A DNA stretch of 64,000 nt. Source: an uncultured Pseudomonadota bacterium (lineage in GTDB: Bacteria; Myxococcota_A; Polyangia; Fen-1088). Made by a program: the position numbers and the translations under genes. The stretch covers positions 717,917 to 781,916 of the forward strand of contig CAVQDT010000006.1 of NCBI GenBank assembly GCA_963711305.1, written 5' to 3'. Below, piece by piece: positions 1 through 13,108 of the stretch (positions are counted from its first letter, which is position 1; every line of letters starts with the position of its first letter). The notes beneath the pieces were generated by a model that was not told where the DNA came from, made no database searches, and saw only the letters and a list, made by a program, of their open reading frames with translations.

Positions 1-3000
1 GCCTCGACGCCATCGTCCGCACGCTGGCGCGGCTCCTCTTGACGCGCAGACGCCTGCTGGAATGGAAGACGGCCAGCGACGCGCAGCGCGGCCGCGGCAC
101 CTCGGCTTGACCGCCATGCTGGTCGCACCGGCGATCGCCATCGAGGCGATCGATCTTCATCGTCCGTGATCGGCCGACCTCTCTCGCTGCCGGCGGCACC
201 GCTGCTTGGCTTCGTGGCTCGTCTCGCCGGTCGATCGCCTGGTGGCTGAGTCGCACGCTGGCGCCGCCCGCCGTCCACCTCTCGCACCGGCAGCGGCGTT
301 TCCTCCACAAGCTGTCGCGGCAGACCTGGCGGTTCTTCGAGACCTTCGTCACCGGCGACGAGAACTGGCTGCCGCCGGACAATTTCCAGGAACACCCGGC
401 GCTGGTCGTCGCCTCGCGCACCAGCCCGACCAACATCGGCATGGCGCTGCTCGCGAATCTCGCCGCCTTCGACTTCGGCTATTGCATCCGTGGCCGGTCT
501 GCTCGACCGAACGCAGAAAGACGTTGGCGACCTTGGCCCGGATGGAACGGCACCGCGGACATTTCTACAACTGGTACGACACGCGCTCGCTCAAGCCCCT
601 GCCCCCGCGCTACGTCTCGACGGTGGACAGCGGGAATCTCGTCGGACATCTGCTGGTGCTTCGCAGCGGTCTGCTGGAGCTGATCGAGACGCCGCTCTCG
701 ACCGCGCGCGCCTTCGACGGACTTCGCGACACCGTCGAGACACTCCTGGACGTCGCCCGCGGCGCGCGCCGCAAGCCCGACGCCTCGGCCCGCTCCCCGG
801 GAGCCGCGGCTCTGCTTTCCGGTGTGCAACGCCTCGACGATCTGCTGGAGCAGCCGCCCCGCGGGTTGACGAATGCCGCGCGCTTGCTGTCGCAACTGAC
901 GGAGGCCGCAACCGACCTTTCCGCGGCGCATGGCACCGGCGACGAGCTCGCATGGTGGGCAGCCGCCTTCGAGCGCTCCTGCCGGGATCACCACGACGAT
1001 CTCGTGCGGATGGCCGCCTGGGTCGAGCTCACTGCGCCGGCGGAGTCTCCTGATCTCCCGCAACTGTCGGCGTTGGTGACGGCGCTCGATGACGGCCTCA
1101 GTCTGCCGTGACATCGCCTGCGTTGCCGAGCCACGCAGTCATCCCCGCTCTGGATGGAGTCGTCGAGGATCTGAAGCGGACCCCGGGTCCCGACGGCCTC
1201 GAAACGCAGCGGGCCTCCGTCCTCGACTGGTGCGCGCGGCTCCGTGTCGCCTTGACCCTCGGGGCCCAGCACGCCGCCGACCGCATGAAGGCCACCCATG
1301 ACCTGGCGACGGCCTGCCAGGAATCTGGCCGAGATGGACTTCTCGTTCCTGTTCGACAAGTCCCGTGACCTGTTCGCGATCGGCTACAACGTCGGCGACC
1401 AGCGTCTCGACGGCAGCTTCTACGATCTGCTGGCGTCCGAGGCCCGGCTGGCAAGCTTCGTCGCGATCGCCCAGGGCCAGGTCGGCCAGGAGCACTGGTT
1501 CGCGCTCGGCCGGTTGCTGACCACGACGGGGGGCGACCCCGCTTGCTGAGCTGGAGCGGCTCGATGTTCGAGTACCTGATGCCGCTGCTGGTGATGCCCA
1601 CCTACGAGAACACGCTGCTCGACCAGACGTACCGGGCCGTCGTGCGCCGGCAGATCGACTACGGCCGGCAGCGCGGCGTGCCGTGGGGCATCTCGGAGTC
1701 GGGCTACAACACCATCGATGCTGCAGCTGAATTATCAGTACCGGGCGTTCGGCGTTCCGGGCCTGGGGCTCAAGCGCGGCCTCGCCGAGGACCTGGTCAT
1801 CGCGCCGTACGCCAGCGCCCTGGCGCTGATGGTCGCGCCGGAGGCGGCGTGCCGCAACCTGCGAGCGACTGGCCGCCGAGGGCCGCGAAGGGGACTTACG
1901 GATTGTACGAAGCCATCGACTACACGCCGTCGCGGCTGCCGCCGGGAGCGTCGTTTGCGATCGTGCGGCAGTTCATGGCCCACCACGAGGGCATGAGCCT
2001 GCTGTCGCTCGGCTACTTGCTTGCTCGACAGGCCGATGCAGCGCCGCTTCGAAGCCGATCCGATGCTGCGCGCCGCCGACCTGCTGCTGCAGGAGCGCGT
2101 GCCCAAGGCCGCGCGCCGGTCTTCCCCCACGTCGCGGAAGCCGGCATGCCACGCGGCGCGGCCTCGCCGACGACGAGGGCACGATGCGGGTCTTCACCGA
2201 TCCGGCGGGCCCCGTCCCGAGGTGCATCTGCTCTCCAATGGCCGGTACCACGTGGTGGTCACGCACGCCGGCGGCGGCTACAGCCGCTGGCGCGACCTGG
2301 CCGTGACGCGCTGGCGCGAAGACGCGACGCGCGATTGCTGGGGCACGTTCTGCTATCTGCGCGATCTGGAGAGCGGCGCTGTCTGGTCGACGGCGTGGCA
2401 ACCGACGCTCAAGCCGGCCAAGCGCTACCAGGCGATCTTCACCCAGGCCCGCGCCGAGTTTCGCCGCGCGCGACGAGCCGCATCGACACGCACACGGAGA
2501 TCAGCGTCTCGCCCGAGGACGACATCGAACTGCGGCGGATCACGATCACGAACCGATCCGAAGTCGCCGCGGACGATCGAAGTGACCAGCTATGCGGAGG
2601 TGGTCCTGGCCCCCCAGGGCCAGGACCTGGCCCACCCGGCGTTCAGCAACCTGTTCGTGCAGACGGAGCTGGTGCGACCGACGGCAGGCCATTCTCTGCA
2701 CCCGCCGGCCGCGCTCGGCCGACGAACAGCCGCCCTGGCTGGTGCACCTGATGACGGTGCAGGGGACGACCGCGGGCGAGGCGTCGTTCGAAACCGACCG
2801 GATGAAGTTCATCGGCCGGGGCAGGACCCTGGCCGCGCCCGCGGCCCTGGAGGCACGACAGCCGCTGTCCGACAGCGAGGGGCCGGTGCTCGATCCCGTG
2901 GTCTGCATCCGCCAGGTCGTCGTGCTGCAACCGAACGAGACCGCGCAGGTGGACCTGGTCACCGGCGTCGCCGAGACGCGCGAGACCGTCACGGCGCTGA

Positions 3001-6000
3001 TGGAGAAGTACCACGACCCCCACCTGGCGGATCGCGTCTTCGAGCTGGCCTGGACGCACAGCCACATCCTGCTGCAGCAGCTCAACGCCACCGAGGCCGA
3101 TGCCCAGGCGTACGCCCGGCTGGCCGGTTCGGTGATCTTCGCCGCGGACGCGCACCGGGCCAAGGCCAGCGTCCTCGCCCGCAATCGGCGCGGGCAATCC
3201 GGCCTGTGGGGCTACGGGATCTCGGGGGACCTGCCGATCGTGCTGGTCCGCATCCGCGACCGCACGAAGATCGAGCTCTGTCGCCAGGCCGTCCAGGCGC
3301 ACGCCTACTGGCGCATGAAGGGCATCGCGGTGGATCTGGTGATCTGGAACGAGGACGACTCGGTCTATCGCCAGACGCTGCAGGACGCGATCATGGACCT
3401 CGTCGCGGCCAGCCCGGAGACCGCGCTGGTCGACAAGCCCGGCGGCATCTTCGTGCGCCGCGGCGAGCAGATGTCGGAAGAGGATCGCACTCTCCTGCAA
3501 ACCGTCGCGCGCGTCGTGCTGTTCGACGACGCGGGCACGCTCTCCGAGCAGGTGGAACGCGCGGGCGGCGCCGAGGTCTCCGTTCCCCGCTGCGAACCAC
3601 GCGCCGGCGCAGCGGGCCTGCGCCGGTCACCGAGTTGCCCCCGCGCGATCTTGCGTTCTTCAACGGCCTGGGCGGATTCAGCCGCGACGGACGCGAATAC
3701 GTCACCCTGCTGCGACCCGGACAGACGACGCCCGCGCCGTGGGTCAACGTGATCGCCAACCCACAATTCGGCACGGTCGTCTCCGAGAGCGGCAGCGCCT
3801 ACACCTGGTCGGAGAACAGCCACGAATTCCGGCTGACCCCGTGGTACAACGATCCGGTCACCGACACGAGCGGCGAGGCGCTCTACATTCGCGACGAGGA
3901 GACCGGGCACTTCTGGTCGCCCTCGCCCTGGCCGGCCCCGGGCGAATCTCTTACGTCGCCCGCCACGGATTCGGCTACAGCATCTTCGAGTACACCGAGG
4001 ACGGCATCGTCACCGAGCTGTGCGTCTTCGTCGCCACCGACGCGCCGGTCAAGTTCGCCCGGCTGCAGATCGCGAATCGCTCCGGCCGGCCGCGAAAGCT
4101 GTCGGTCACCGGCTACTGGGAATGGGTGCTGGGCGAAGTGCGCGACAAGACGCTGATGCACGTGGTGACGGCGATCGACCCGACGACGGGCGCATTGTTC
4201 GCGCGCAACTCGTACAGCCCTGACTTTGCCGAGCGCGTCGTCTTCGTCGACTGCAGCGAGGTCGCGCGCACCGTGACCGGCGACCGCACCGAGTTCCTCG
4301 GCCGGAATGGGACTCTCGGCGACCCGGCCGCCTTGCGCCGCACCCGACTGTCCGGGCGCGTGGGGGCGGGACTCGATCCCTGTGCCGCCATGCAGGTACA
4401 GGTCGAGCTCGCTGACGAACAGGAACGAGACGTCGTCTTCACGCTCGGCGCCGGCCGCGACGAGGGTCACGCGAGGCAACTGGTGCAGCGCTTCCGGGGA
4501 CCGGCGCGCGCCCAGGGGACGCTGGAGGGCGTGTGGCACTACTGGAGCCGCACGCTGGGGACGCTCTACTGCGAAACTCCCGACCCGTCGGTCAACTTCC
4601 TGGCCAACGGCTGGTTGCTCTATCAGGTATTGGCGCGCGCATGTGGGCTCGGACCGGGTTCTATCAGTCGGGCGGCGCGTACGGATTTCGCGATCAGCTG
4701 CAGGATGCGATGGCCCTGGTTCATGCCGAACCGGTCGTGCTGCGGGAACATCTGCTGCGCGCGTCCGCGAAGCAGTTCCGCGAGGGCGACGTGCAGCACT
4801 GGTGGCATCCGCCGGCGGGACGCGGCGTGCGCACTCACTTCTCGGACGACTATCTGTGGCTGCCCTACGCGACGTGCCGGTACGTCGCAACGACCGGCGA
4901 CACGGGCGTGCTCGACGAGCGGACGTCGTTTCTGACCGGCCGAGCCGTCCCTCCCGAGGAGGAGTCTTACTACGATCTGCCGCATGCCTCGGACGAGAGC
5001 GGCACCCTCTACGAACATTGCGTGCGCGCGATCGACAACGGCCTGCGCTTCGGCGCGCACGGCTTGCCGCTGATGGGTTGCGGCGACTGGAACGACGGGA
5101 TGAACCTGGTCGGAGCGAAGGGGCGCGGAGAGAGCGTCTGGCTGGCGTTCTTCCTGTTCGACGTGCTGACGGAATTCGCCGCGCTGGCCCGCGTGCGCGG
5201 CGATGTCGCCCGCGCCGAGACGTACAGCGCGGAGGCTGACAAGCTGCGACTCAACATCGAAGCGTACGCCTGGGACGGGGAGTGGTATCGGCGCGCGTAC
5301 TTCGACGACGGCGAACCGCTCGGCTCGGCGCAGAATCCCGAGTGCCAGATCGACGCCCTGCCACAGAGCTGGGCGGTGTTGTCCGGTGCGGCACCCCGGG
5401 ACCGGTCGATGGTCGCCATGAACAGCGTCGAACGGCTCCTGGTGCGACGCGACGCTGGGTTGGTCCAGGTCCTGGATCCTCCGTTCGACAAGTCGTCGCT
5501 CAACCCCGGCTACATCAAAGGCTACGTGCCCGGCGTCCGCGAAAACGGAGGGCAATACACCCATGCGGCGGTGTGGACGGCGATGGCGTTCGCCGCCATG
5601 GGCGACGCGGAGCGTGCCTGGGACGTGTTTCGTTTGATCAACCCCGTCACCCACGCGGCAACGCCCGAAGGTGTTGCGAGGTATCGGGTCGAGCCCTATG
5701 TCGTTGCGGCCGACGTGTACGCGGTCGCGCCGCACACGGGACGGGGCGGCTGGACCTGGTACACCGGTTCGGCCGGCTGGATGTACCGTCTGATCACGGA
5801 ATCCCTCTTGGGGCTGCACCTCGAGGTCGATGCTCAGGGGAGCGCGAGCTTACGCTTCACGCCCTGCCTTCCCGCCGGCTGGTCCGGATTCAAGATCCAC
5901 TACCGCTACCGAGAGACGCTGTATCACATCGAAGTCCGAAACGGCGGCGGCGGTGCCGCCGTGAAGCGAGTCACCGCCGACGGACGGCGACCGACCGGAC

Positions 6001-6060
6001 CACCTGGTGCCGCTCGTCGACGATCGGCACGAGCACCAGGTCGAAGTGGACTTGGCCTAG
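1..6060 (+). pseudogene. ndvB: Cyclic beta-1,2-glucan synthase (GT84 + GH94, NdvB/ChvB-like), C-terminal ~2000 codons; the gene begins upstream of the window and is interrupted by at least 10 frameshifts
   Basis: Hallmark NdvB/GH94 peptides are spread over five or more frames: LDAIVRTLARLLLTRRRLLEWKTASD (nt 3-110), [179 protein letters not shown] and [13 protein letters not shown]. Re-reading nt 455-560 by hand shows two 1-nt insertions within 60 bp: GYCI-c-VAGLLDRTQKD-g-LATLARMERHRGHFYNWYD. The C-terminus re-frames to ...[26 protein letters not shown], with a TAG at 6058-6060. Confidence 0.75.
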
Positions 6061-6165
6061 CGCGTTGCACACGGATTGAAATAGAGATGGCGGGTGGCGT
6101 GAATCGTGCTTACCTTCCGGACAAGCGCCCACCGTTTCGGGCCTCGAGAGACGAGAAGGTTCACC

Positions 6166-6558
6166 ATGATCACGTCAGCTACCGTTTCCACCAAGAGCGC
6201 GCCCCCCATCGCGCTCGATCCGTACATCGCAACAACTAACTTGGGGTTCAGCCGCGAAGACTCTGGACGGCAAACGCTCTTGCGGCTCGAAGGGGCATTC
6301 GACGCGCTCTCTGCCCCGGCGTCGCGCTCCGCGCTCGATACTGTCGTGAACGATCGGAGATCGCCGGTCGCGATCGACATGTCGGCCGTGCGCTTGATCG
6401 ACAGCTCGGGCGTCGGCGCGGTCGTCTCTCTTTACAAGCGCGTCGTCGCACAGGGCGGCGAGCTCAGCGTGCGCGGTCTCAACGGCCAGCCGCTCGCGAT
6501 ATTTAAGCTCTTGCGTCTCGATCGCCTCATGGCCGCCGAGCATTCACGGGCGGCATAG
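6166..6558 (+). CDS. STAS-domain anti-sigma-factor antagonist (SpoIIAA-like)
   Basis: The ATG at 6166 is preceded by agaagg. The protein reads [83 protein letters not shown], which is the typical STAS fold pattern. Confidence 0.6.
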   Translation: MITSATVSTKSAPPIALDPYIATTNLGFSREDSGRQTLLRLEGAFDALSAPASRSALDTVVNDRRSPVAIDMSAVRLIDSSGVGAVVSLYKRVVAQGGELSVRGLNGQPLAIFKLLRLDRLMAAEHSRAA

Positions 6559-6570
6559 GCGCGAGGAGCA

Positions 6571-8041
6571 TCAAAGTCGCAGCGAGAGGCCCACGTTCGC
6601 GTCGGTCTCGGCCGTGAACTTGGGGACACCGATCAATTCATCGAGCGCGAGGACGAGCGAGAGGCTCGACGATAGGCTGTACTCGAAACCGACGCCGGGA
6701 CCGAAGAGGAGTGGTCCACTTGGAACGGTGTCGAAGCACTTGGCGTTCTGGGAGGGTCCGCAGTCGGACTGGTCGCCGGCCTGAGCGACGTGCCGGATGA
6801 GACCACCGCCGACTGCCCCCGACACGAACGGGCGGAACGCGCTCCCCGGCGCGTTGAAGATCCACTCCGCCCTGGCCAGCACGGCGAACGCCCCCTTTGC
6901 CGGGGAACAGACACCGTCGCTGCCGCAGGCGCCTGATGTCGCGCCCCCGCCGCTCGGTCGATACTCGGCGGCGCCGGTGATCAGTTGCAGGCGGCCCTGA
7001 ACGCCGAGGAGCAGGTTGGGCGTCACCATGTAGCCGACCGCTGGTGCGACGTGCCCGAGGCTCGCCCAGGCGAAGCCGGAAGGAAAGATGTCGAGCTGGC
7101 GGACCTCGCCCACGCCACTGGTCCAACCGATTCCCGTTCCGGCCATGAGCGTCAGCACCCACCGCTTGTCCTCGGCCGACGCCGCTCGCCGGCGCGGCGA
7201 CGTCGACGGATCGAGCGACCTCTGGCAGCGACAGCATGACGACCAGGGGATCGACCGAGGAGCCTCTCGAGGTCATGCGCTTGCCGTTGGCGCCGCGCGC
7301 CTCGATGTAGTATTCGACGTGCCCGCCAGCGGTCGCTGCCTCGGGAATCAAGCCCAGGTGGACGCCGTTCGGCTGACGCTGCATGGTGACCTCGGTGAAG
7401 ACCGCGGCGCCCGCGGGCCGGTAGCCGAGGATCACGGCACGTTGGCCGAGGCTGACGTCCGCCGCGACGGTGATGGTGAGCGGGTTGCCGCGCAGCCCGG
7501 TCCGAACCGGATCGTGAGCCAGGAGCTTCTCGGCCGGCAGCGCGACGGCGGCCACCGGCGGGGGCGCGGGCGTCGATGACGCGGGCTCGCTGCTCAAGCG
7601 CCGGACCGCCTCGTCGAAGACCGCCTGGATCTGTGGATTGGCCAACGCGCGGCTCAGGTGGATCTCGGGCGAGATCTGCAAGCCCTGGTGAAACATCTTG
7701 ATCGCCTGCTCCCGGTCCTTGTAGCCGCCCACCAGGACGATGCCGAGATTGATGTAGGTGCGCGCGCGAATCTGATGCTGCGAGAGGCCGTGCGCGTCGG
7801 CGACATCGAGGGCTTGGCGCAGCAGCCGCTGCGCCTCCTCGAAGTTCAGTTCCTGGTAAGCCTCGACCGCCCGGCGATTGAGCAAGGTGATCGCGCCCAC
7901 CGCCCGGGTTTCATCGTCTTGGGCTGCGTGCGCTGCGCTGATGGGCAGGAACAGGCCCGCTGCCGACACCGACGCAATCACGAACCGCGCTAGCACCGCC
8001 GTGGCTATCGTTGTCCTTCTCGCACTAGATAGGGCTCTCAT
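6571..8041 (-). CDS. Secreted TPR-repeat protein with a beta-rich C-terminal domain; one frameshift near nt 7215
   Basis: Signal peptide MRALSSARRTTIATAVLARFVIASVSAAGLFLPISAAHA, then TPR-like AYQELNFEEAQRLLRQALDVADAHGLSQHQIRARTYINLG. The C-terminal half continues in the 6571..7158 frame after the frame change (SVDPSTSPRRRAASAEDKRWVLTLMAG). Confidence 0.5.
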
Positions 8042-8083
8042 CGCGAACTACACGGGTCAATAACGGCGGGTAGCGGCAAACTC

Positions 8084-10139
8084 TTGAACATCGCGCGATC
8101 GCGACGCTGCGCGAGAGCCCACATCTCCATTCAAGGTCCGGGCAATGAATGCCGAGTTAAGGCTGTGGTGTCCGAGGATCCACCAGGCCACAATGGAGGG
8201 GTGCCTCAGGAAGTGAGGGAACAGCCGTCGCGGCCTGGCTCGCGCCCGATTCCGACGCCTGAGCCTTTCGGCAAATACGTCCTCTTGCAGCGGCTCGGCG
8301 CGGGAGGGATGGCCGAGGTCTTTCAAGCGGTGGCTGGCGGTCCCGAAGGGTTCCAGCGGACGCTGGTCATCAAGCGGATGCTGCCGCAGCTGACTCAGGA
8401 CGAGGCCTTCGTACAGATGTTCATCGACGAGGCCAAGCTGAGCGGCCTGCTCTCGCACCCCAACCTCGTCCAGATTTACGAGTTCGGGGAGGTCGACGGC
8501 TGCTTCTTCATCGCCATGGAGCAGGTTCATGGACGGACGCTCGCGGCGATCAAGTCCAAGCTGGCCTCGACCGGCCGGATGGCGCCGGTTGACGCCAGCG
8601 TCGAGATCGCCCGTCAGGTCTGTTTGGGTCTCAAGTATGCCCACGAGCTGCAGACGTCGGACGGCAAGCTCGCTGGGGATCGTGCACCGAGACATCTCTC
8701 CGCCCAACGTGATGCTCGACTTCCACGGCACGGTGAAGATCCTCGACTTCGGCATCGCGCGCGTCAGCCACCTGGTCCGCGACACCCGCACGCAGGTGGG
8801 CCTGATGAAAGGAAAGGTCGCGTACATGTCACCCGAGCAGGTCGAGCTCGGGGAGATCGATCATCGATCGGACCTCTTCGCGGTGGGGATCGTGCTGCAC
8901 GAGTTGCTGACCGGCCGGCGCCTGTTCCGTTCCAACACGGACTACGCCACCAGCCGGATGGTTCTCGAGCTCAAGATTCCTCCGCCCTCGATGTTCAACG
9001 CCTCGGTGCCTCCCGCGCTCGACCAGATCGTCATGCGCGCTCTCGAGCGGGACAAGGACGCGAGATATCAGAGCGCCGGAGCGATGGTGAGCGATCTCGA
9101 GCGCGTGATTCAGGAGCAGAGGCTGTCGCCGCGCGAGCACCTCAAGCTCCTCTGCGAGCTGTTCCCGGAAGGGCAGGCGAACGACAAGTCCGTCAGTCCC
9201 ATCACGGGATCCTTCTCGTCTACCACCGCGGCGCGACGCGCGACCGCGGAGAAGGCAACGTCACCCGGGACCCCCGCCGAGCTGATGCGAGACGACGCGG
9301 TCACGGCCTCGTCCCCGTCCTTCGCGCGGCGGCTGGCGGCGTCGCCGGCGGCCGTCCGCGGTCCCGACGACTCTTCGCTGTACCCACCTCCACTCCGCCC
9401 CGTCGCCGACGACTCGCGCAGGCGCGTGCCGTGGGCGGCCGCGGCCGTGGGAGGCGCCATCGTGGTGGCCATCGTCGTGGCGCTGCTCACGCGCGATCAC
9501 AGCCCGCGCGCCAGTGGACAAGGTCGACGTCGCGCCGGTCGCGAGCAGTCCAGCGAAGCCGGCGGCGATCGCGACGGTGCGTCTGTCCGTCGATTCGAAC
9601 CCGCAAGACGCCGAGGTAACCGACGTCGACTCCGCCAGGTCGCTGGGACGAACGCCGTTCACGGTCACGTTGAACCGCGGCACGACGGCGCTGACCTTCC
9701 GTTTCGCCAAGGCCGGGCACCAGCCGGTGCTCTACAAGATCATTCCCGATCTCGACAAGGCCGTCCACGTCGACCTGCCGCGGGAAGCGCCGGCGAAAGA
9801 GCCCGTCAAGGTCGAACCGGCCCCGGTGGCTCGCGCGCCGCTCGCGAAGAAGAAGAGCCGGTGTCCGCGCCGAAGGCGACTCGAGCGCCGGTTGCCGTGC
9901 CGGCATCCAAGGATTGCCTGTTGACCGTCGGATCCGTCCCCTGGGCCGAGCTCTGGATCGACGGCAAGGACGTGGGGCAGCCCACTCCGGTCGTGCACCT
10001 CCCGGTGACCTGTGGCGCGCACAAGCTGCGCTTCAAGCGGAGCAACCCCGATATCGACCATGTCGAGAGCGTCAACCTGAGCCCCGGTCAGGAGCTCAAG
10101 AAGAACTTCAATCTGGAGACCGCCGACCAGGACGGCTGA
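8084..10139 (+). CDS. Ser/Thr protein kinase with two C-terminal PEGA domains; frameshifts near 8670, 9500 and 9850; start uncertain (ATG 8084, or GTG at 8165 or 8201)
   Basis: Kinase subdomains are present: FGKYVLLQRLGAGGMAEVFQA, VIKRM, GIVHRDISPPNVMLDFHGTVKILDFGIAR and YMSPEQV...SDLFAVGIVLHELLTG. The PEGA motifs are TVRLSVDSNPQDAEVTDVDSARSLGRTPFTVTL and LLTVGSVPWAELWIDGKDVGQPTPVVHLPVTCGAHKL. Confidence 0.75.
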
Positions 10140-10186
10140 ACCGCGTGCTCGTTTCGGGCGGGGCGGACCGTGATCCGCGAGCGGGT

Positions 10187-11013
10187 TACCCGCCGTCCGG
10201 CGGCGTGACTTCCGGCGGCCACTCGTTGACGCTCGCGCACTGCCAGACGGCGGTCGCGCCTTTCGTGACGCAGACGCAATAGCCAATCTTTCCGTTCCCG
10301 CCGCTGTCCTGATACGAGTTGCGCCGAGGTCGAGCCGCAGACCTCGCCGCAAGTTTCACCCGGCGCCAGGGTGCAGGGCGTGGCGTTCGGAACGATCAGA
10401 TTCGAGCCAACCTCGACCTGAGTGACCGGACACAGCTGGAAGCGGTGTCGGCAGGTTGAAGCAGGTGAGCGTGATTGGCGGATAGGTGCAAACGCCCAGG
10501 TTCGGGCACTGCCAGGTTTGCCCCACTCCGGGACAGGTGCAGAGCTTCGCCGCGCGAGCGATGCCGATGCTGGCGAGGTTGAGGCCACAGCCCTTCGTGC
10601 ACGGCGGTTCGCCGTTGCATGGCGTGATCTTGTCCTGGATGGTCCCCAGGCAGGCCGTCGGCGGGGCGTCGGAGGCCCCGGTGTCGATCCCGGTGTCGAC
10701 CGTGGCGGTGTCCTGTGGGACGTCCTGCGGAAGGTCCGGGGAGCGTCGCCGGCGAGCCGTCCTGACCATTCGCGCCGCTGCTGCCACCGAGGTCGCCCGC
10801 GCCCCCGATGCCCGAAGCGCCTCCCGTCCCCGGATGATTGCCCGCGCCGCCCCCGGCACCGGCGGCTGCGTCGTTTGACGAACCGTGATGGAAGGACTCG
10901 GGGCCGCAGGAGTTGCCGAGGCCGAGACCCGTGAAGAGGATTGCCAAGGCAATGGCACGACCGGCGACAAACCGGCGACCACCGCTCTTTCCAAACGCGT
11001 CAGGCACGGGCAT
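10187..11013 (-). CDS. Secreted Cys-rich protein (signal peptide, Gly-rich linker, approximately 16 Cys); two frameshifts
   Basis: Its ATG at 11013..11011 overlaps the upstream gene stop (TGATG). The N-terminus reads MPVPDAFGKSGGRRFVAGRAIALAILFTGLGLGNSCGPES, followed by a GAGGGAGNHPGTGGASGIGGAG linker. The Cys-rich core includes CLGTIQDKITPCNGEPPCTKGCGLNLASIGIARAAKLCTCPGVGQTWQCPNLGVCTYPPITLTCFNLPT. Hand re-framing gives the C-terminus DSGGNGKIGYCVCVTKGATAVWQCASVNEWPPEVTPPDGG followed by a stop. Confidence 0.45.
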
Positions 11014-13108
11014 CACGGGACCGGAGCGAACCCGACGAGCGCCGACGTGGTGAAGGTGCCGTCGGTGGCGCCGCCAAAGATCGTGGCGCGGTTGGGGAAG
11101 AAGGTGGTGACGTTGGCGTCGGAGAGCTGTATCGAGCCCGCTGGAGGCGCAGCCGCGTCGGGCGGCGTCGAGTCGGGAAGCCGCTGGCTCACGTCCAGCA
11201 ACTGACCGCTCGGAGACACGCTGTGGTACTCGCGCCAGCCCGTCACCGGGTTCGGCCTGACGTTCGCGCCCATCGTGTTGGTTTGACCGGCAATGTTCCA
11301 GCCGACCGCCGGGATGTGCGCGTCCATGCTGCAACCGATATAAGAAACGATGTCGTACCCCGAGTAGAGGAACGGCGTCCCGGTCGCTGCCGGCACAGCA
11401 CCCGCCGAGCGGGCCAGGAAAGCGGTGAACGTGCCGGCTTCTTTCGTGAGCGCGCTGTTCAAGAACACGAAACCTGCGAATGACGTGTTGTAGCTTGCCG
11501 GCGTCGCCGGCGTCCCGCTGCCCAGAATCGCGCGCGAGTTCACGACGCTCGAGCCGATTCGCGTTGATGCGGGATTTGATCTCGCACTGCTCGAAGAGCG
11601 CGATGTTGGCGTTGCCCCAGATGAAGTCGGTGTCACCGGTGATGAAGGAGTCGTAGAACCAGCTGACGCCCTTCAACTGCAACGTGTCCTGGTAGCTGAT
11701 GAAGTTGCTGTGCTTGGCGACGAGTGTTCCGGTCTGGCTGGCATTGAAGTAGATCACCTCGGCCGCTGAGCTGGGCGTGTAGCCCGTGTAAGTCGGGCTG
11801 TTGGGCGGCGGCGGGATGAGGCTGCCCTGGGCGTGCAGGTTCTTGATGGTGATGCCGTCGAAGACCACGCCGCTGGCGCTGGAGATGAGGAGCACCGAAC
11901 GGCCGCCAGCGGTCCAAGGCCCCGGTGGTCGTGCCGAGGCCCGGGAGCGGCACGCCTTGACCCTGCCCGACTCCTGGATTGAAGGGGTCGGAGTTGTCGT
12001 ACTGGATCACGGCGTCGAGGCCGTTGTTGGTCCCCTTGAAGGTCACGTTGTTCTTGCTGCGAAGGAAGAGCATCTCCTGATAGACGCCCGGCGCGATGTT
12101 GATCGTCCGGGCCGTGCTGCCCGGAGCGAATGAATCGATGGCGCCCTGAACGGTGGCGAAGTCGGCGCTGTTGTCGGCCGCCACGTTGAGCGTCGTCGGA
12201 GCCACCGCCTTGGTCGTGAAGGTCCAGCCGGTCGGGGCGGCGATTCCCGTGAATGTCGTCGCCGAGATCGTTCCCGCAATGAGACCATTGTCGATGGTCA
12301 CGTAGTACGCCGTGTTGTACGCGAGCTTGTTGTTGTGGGGAACGATCGTGACGGTGTTCCCGTCGACGAAGATCGGGACGTAGTTGACCACCCGAACCTG
12401 GCTGACGCCCGCCCCGGCGACGTTACCGATGATGTTCACTCTCGATGTATTGAGGCTGGCGCTGGTCAGCGAGCCGCCGCTATAGATCGCGTACGTATCG
12501 GCGACGTTGATGCTGTCGACGATCGCTCCGTTCGAAGCGAGGTGAATCGCGATGATTCCGCTCGTCCCGAGCGTCGGTGGCGCGTCGAAGCCGATGCGCA
12601 GCAACGTGTCGATCGGCACGCCGGTGGCGTTGTTCGCGGGCAGCATCGCGCCGGCGGCGACCGCCAACGGTGTCGAGGCCGTGACCGGAACCGTACGCGG
12701 ATTCGCCAGCCCGGGACCGGTGGAAAGCGGGGCGTCGGGGCGATCGTCGGGTTCGAGGAACAGCGTCCGATGCATCGGCGACCGAGGTGTCCGTCGTCGA
12801 GACATCGTTGGACGTGGAGACATCGACACGGGCGTCGACGGGGGGAACCGAGGTCGGGCTGGACGTCGGCCGTGACGATGTCGCTCGACGCGTCAGTGCC
12901 CACGTCCGACCCGGTGTCGGCACCCTGGAGGTCGGGCGCGGACGTGTCCGGCTTGGCGAGGTCCGGTTTCGACGTGTCGGCCCTGACGTCGCATGCCTCC
13001 GTCGGGCCCCGCCTTCGTCTTGCCGCCGGCACAGCCGGCAGCCCCGGCGGCCATGAGCACCAACAGGGTGAAGACCCGCGCCGCGATCCGGTTCGACGTT
13101 CGTGCCAT
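11013..13108 (-). CDS. Pectin methylesterase (CE8) lipoprotein with an N-terminal D/S/T-rich linker and an Ig-like domain; several frameshifts
   Basis: Lipoprotein signal MARTSNRIAARVFTLLVLMAAGAAGC at 13108. CE8 motifs are ADFATVQGAIDSFAPGSTARTINIAPGVYQEMLFL, KHSNFISYQDTLQLKGVSWFYDSFITGDTDFIWGNANIALFEQCEI and FLYSGYDIVSYIGCSMDAHIPAVGWN, spread over three frames. Confidence 0.7.
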
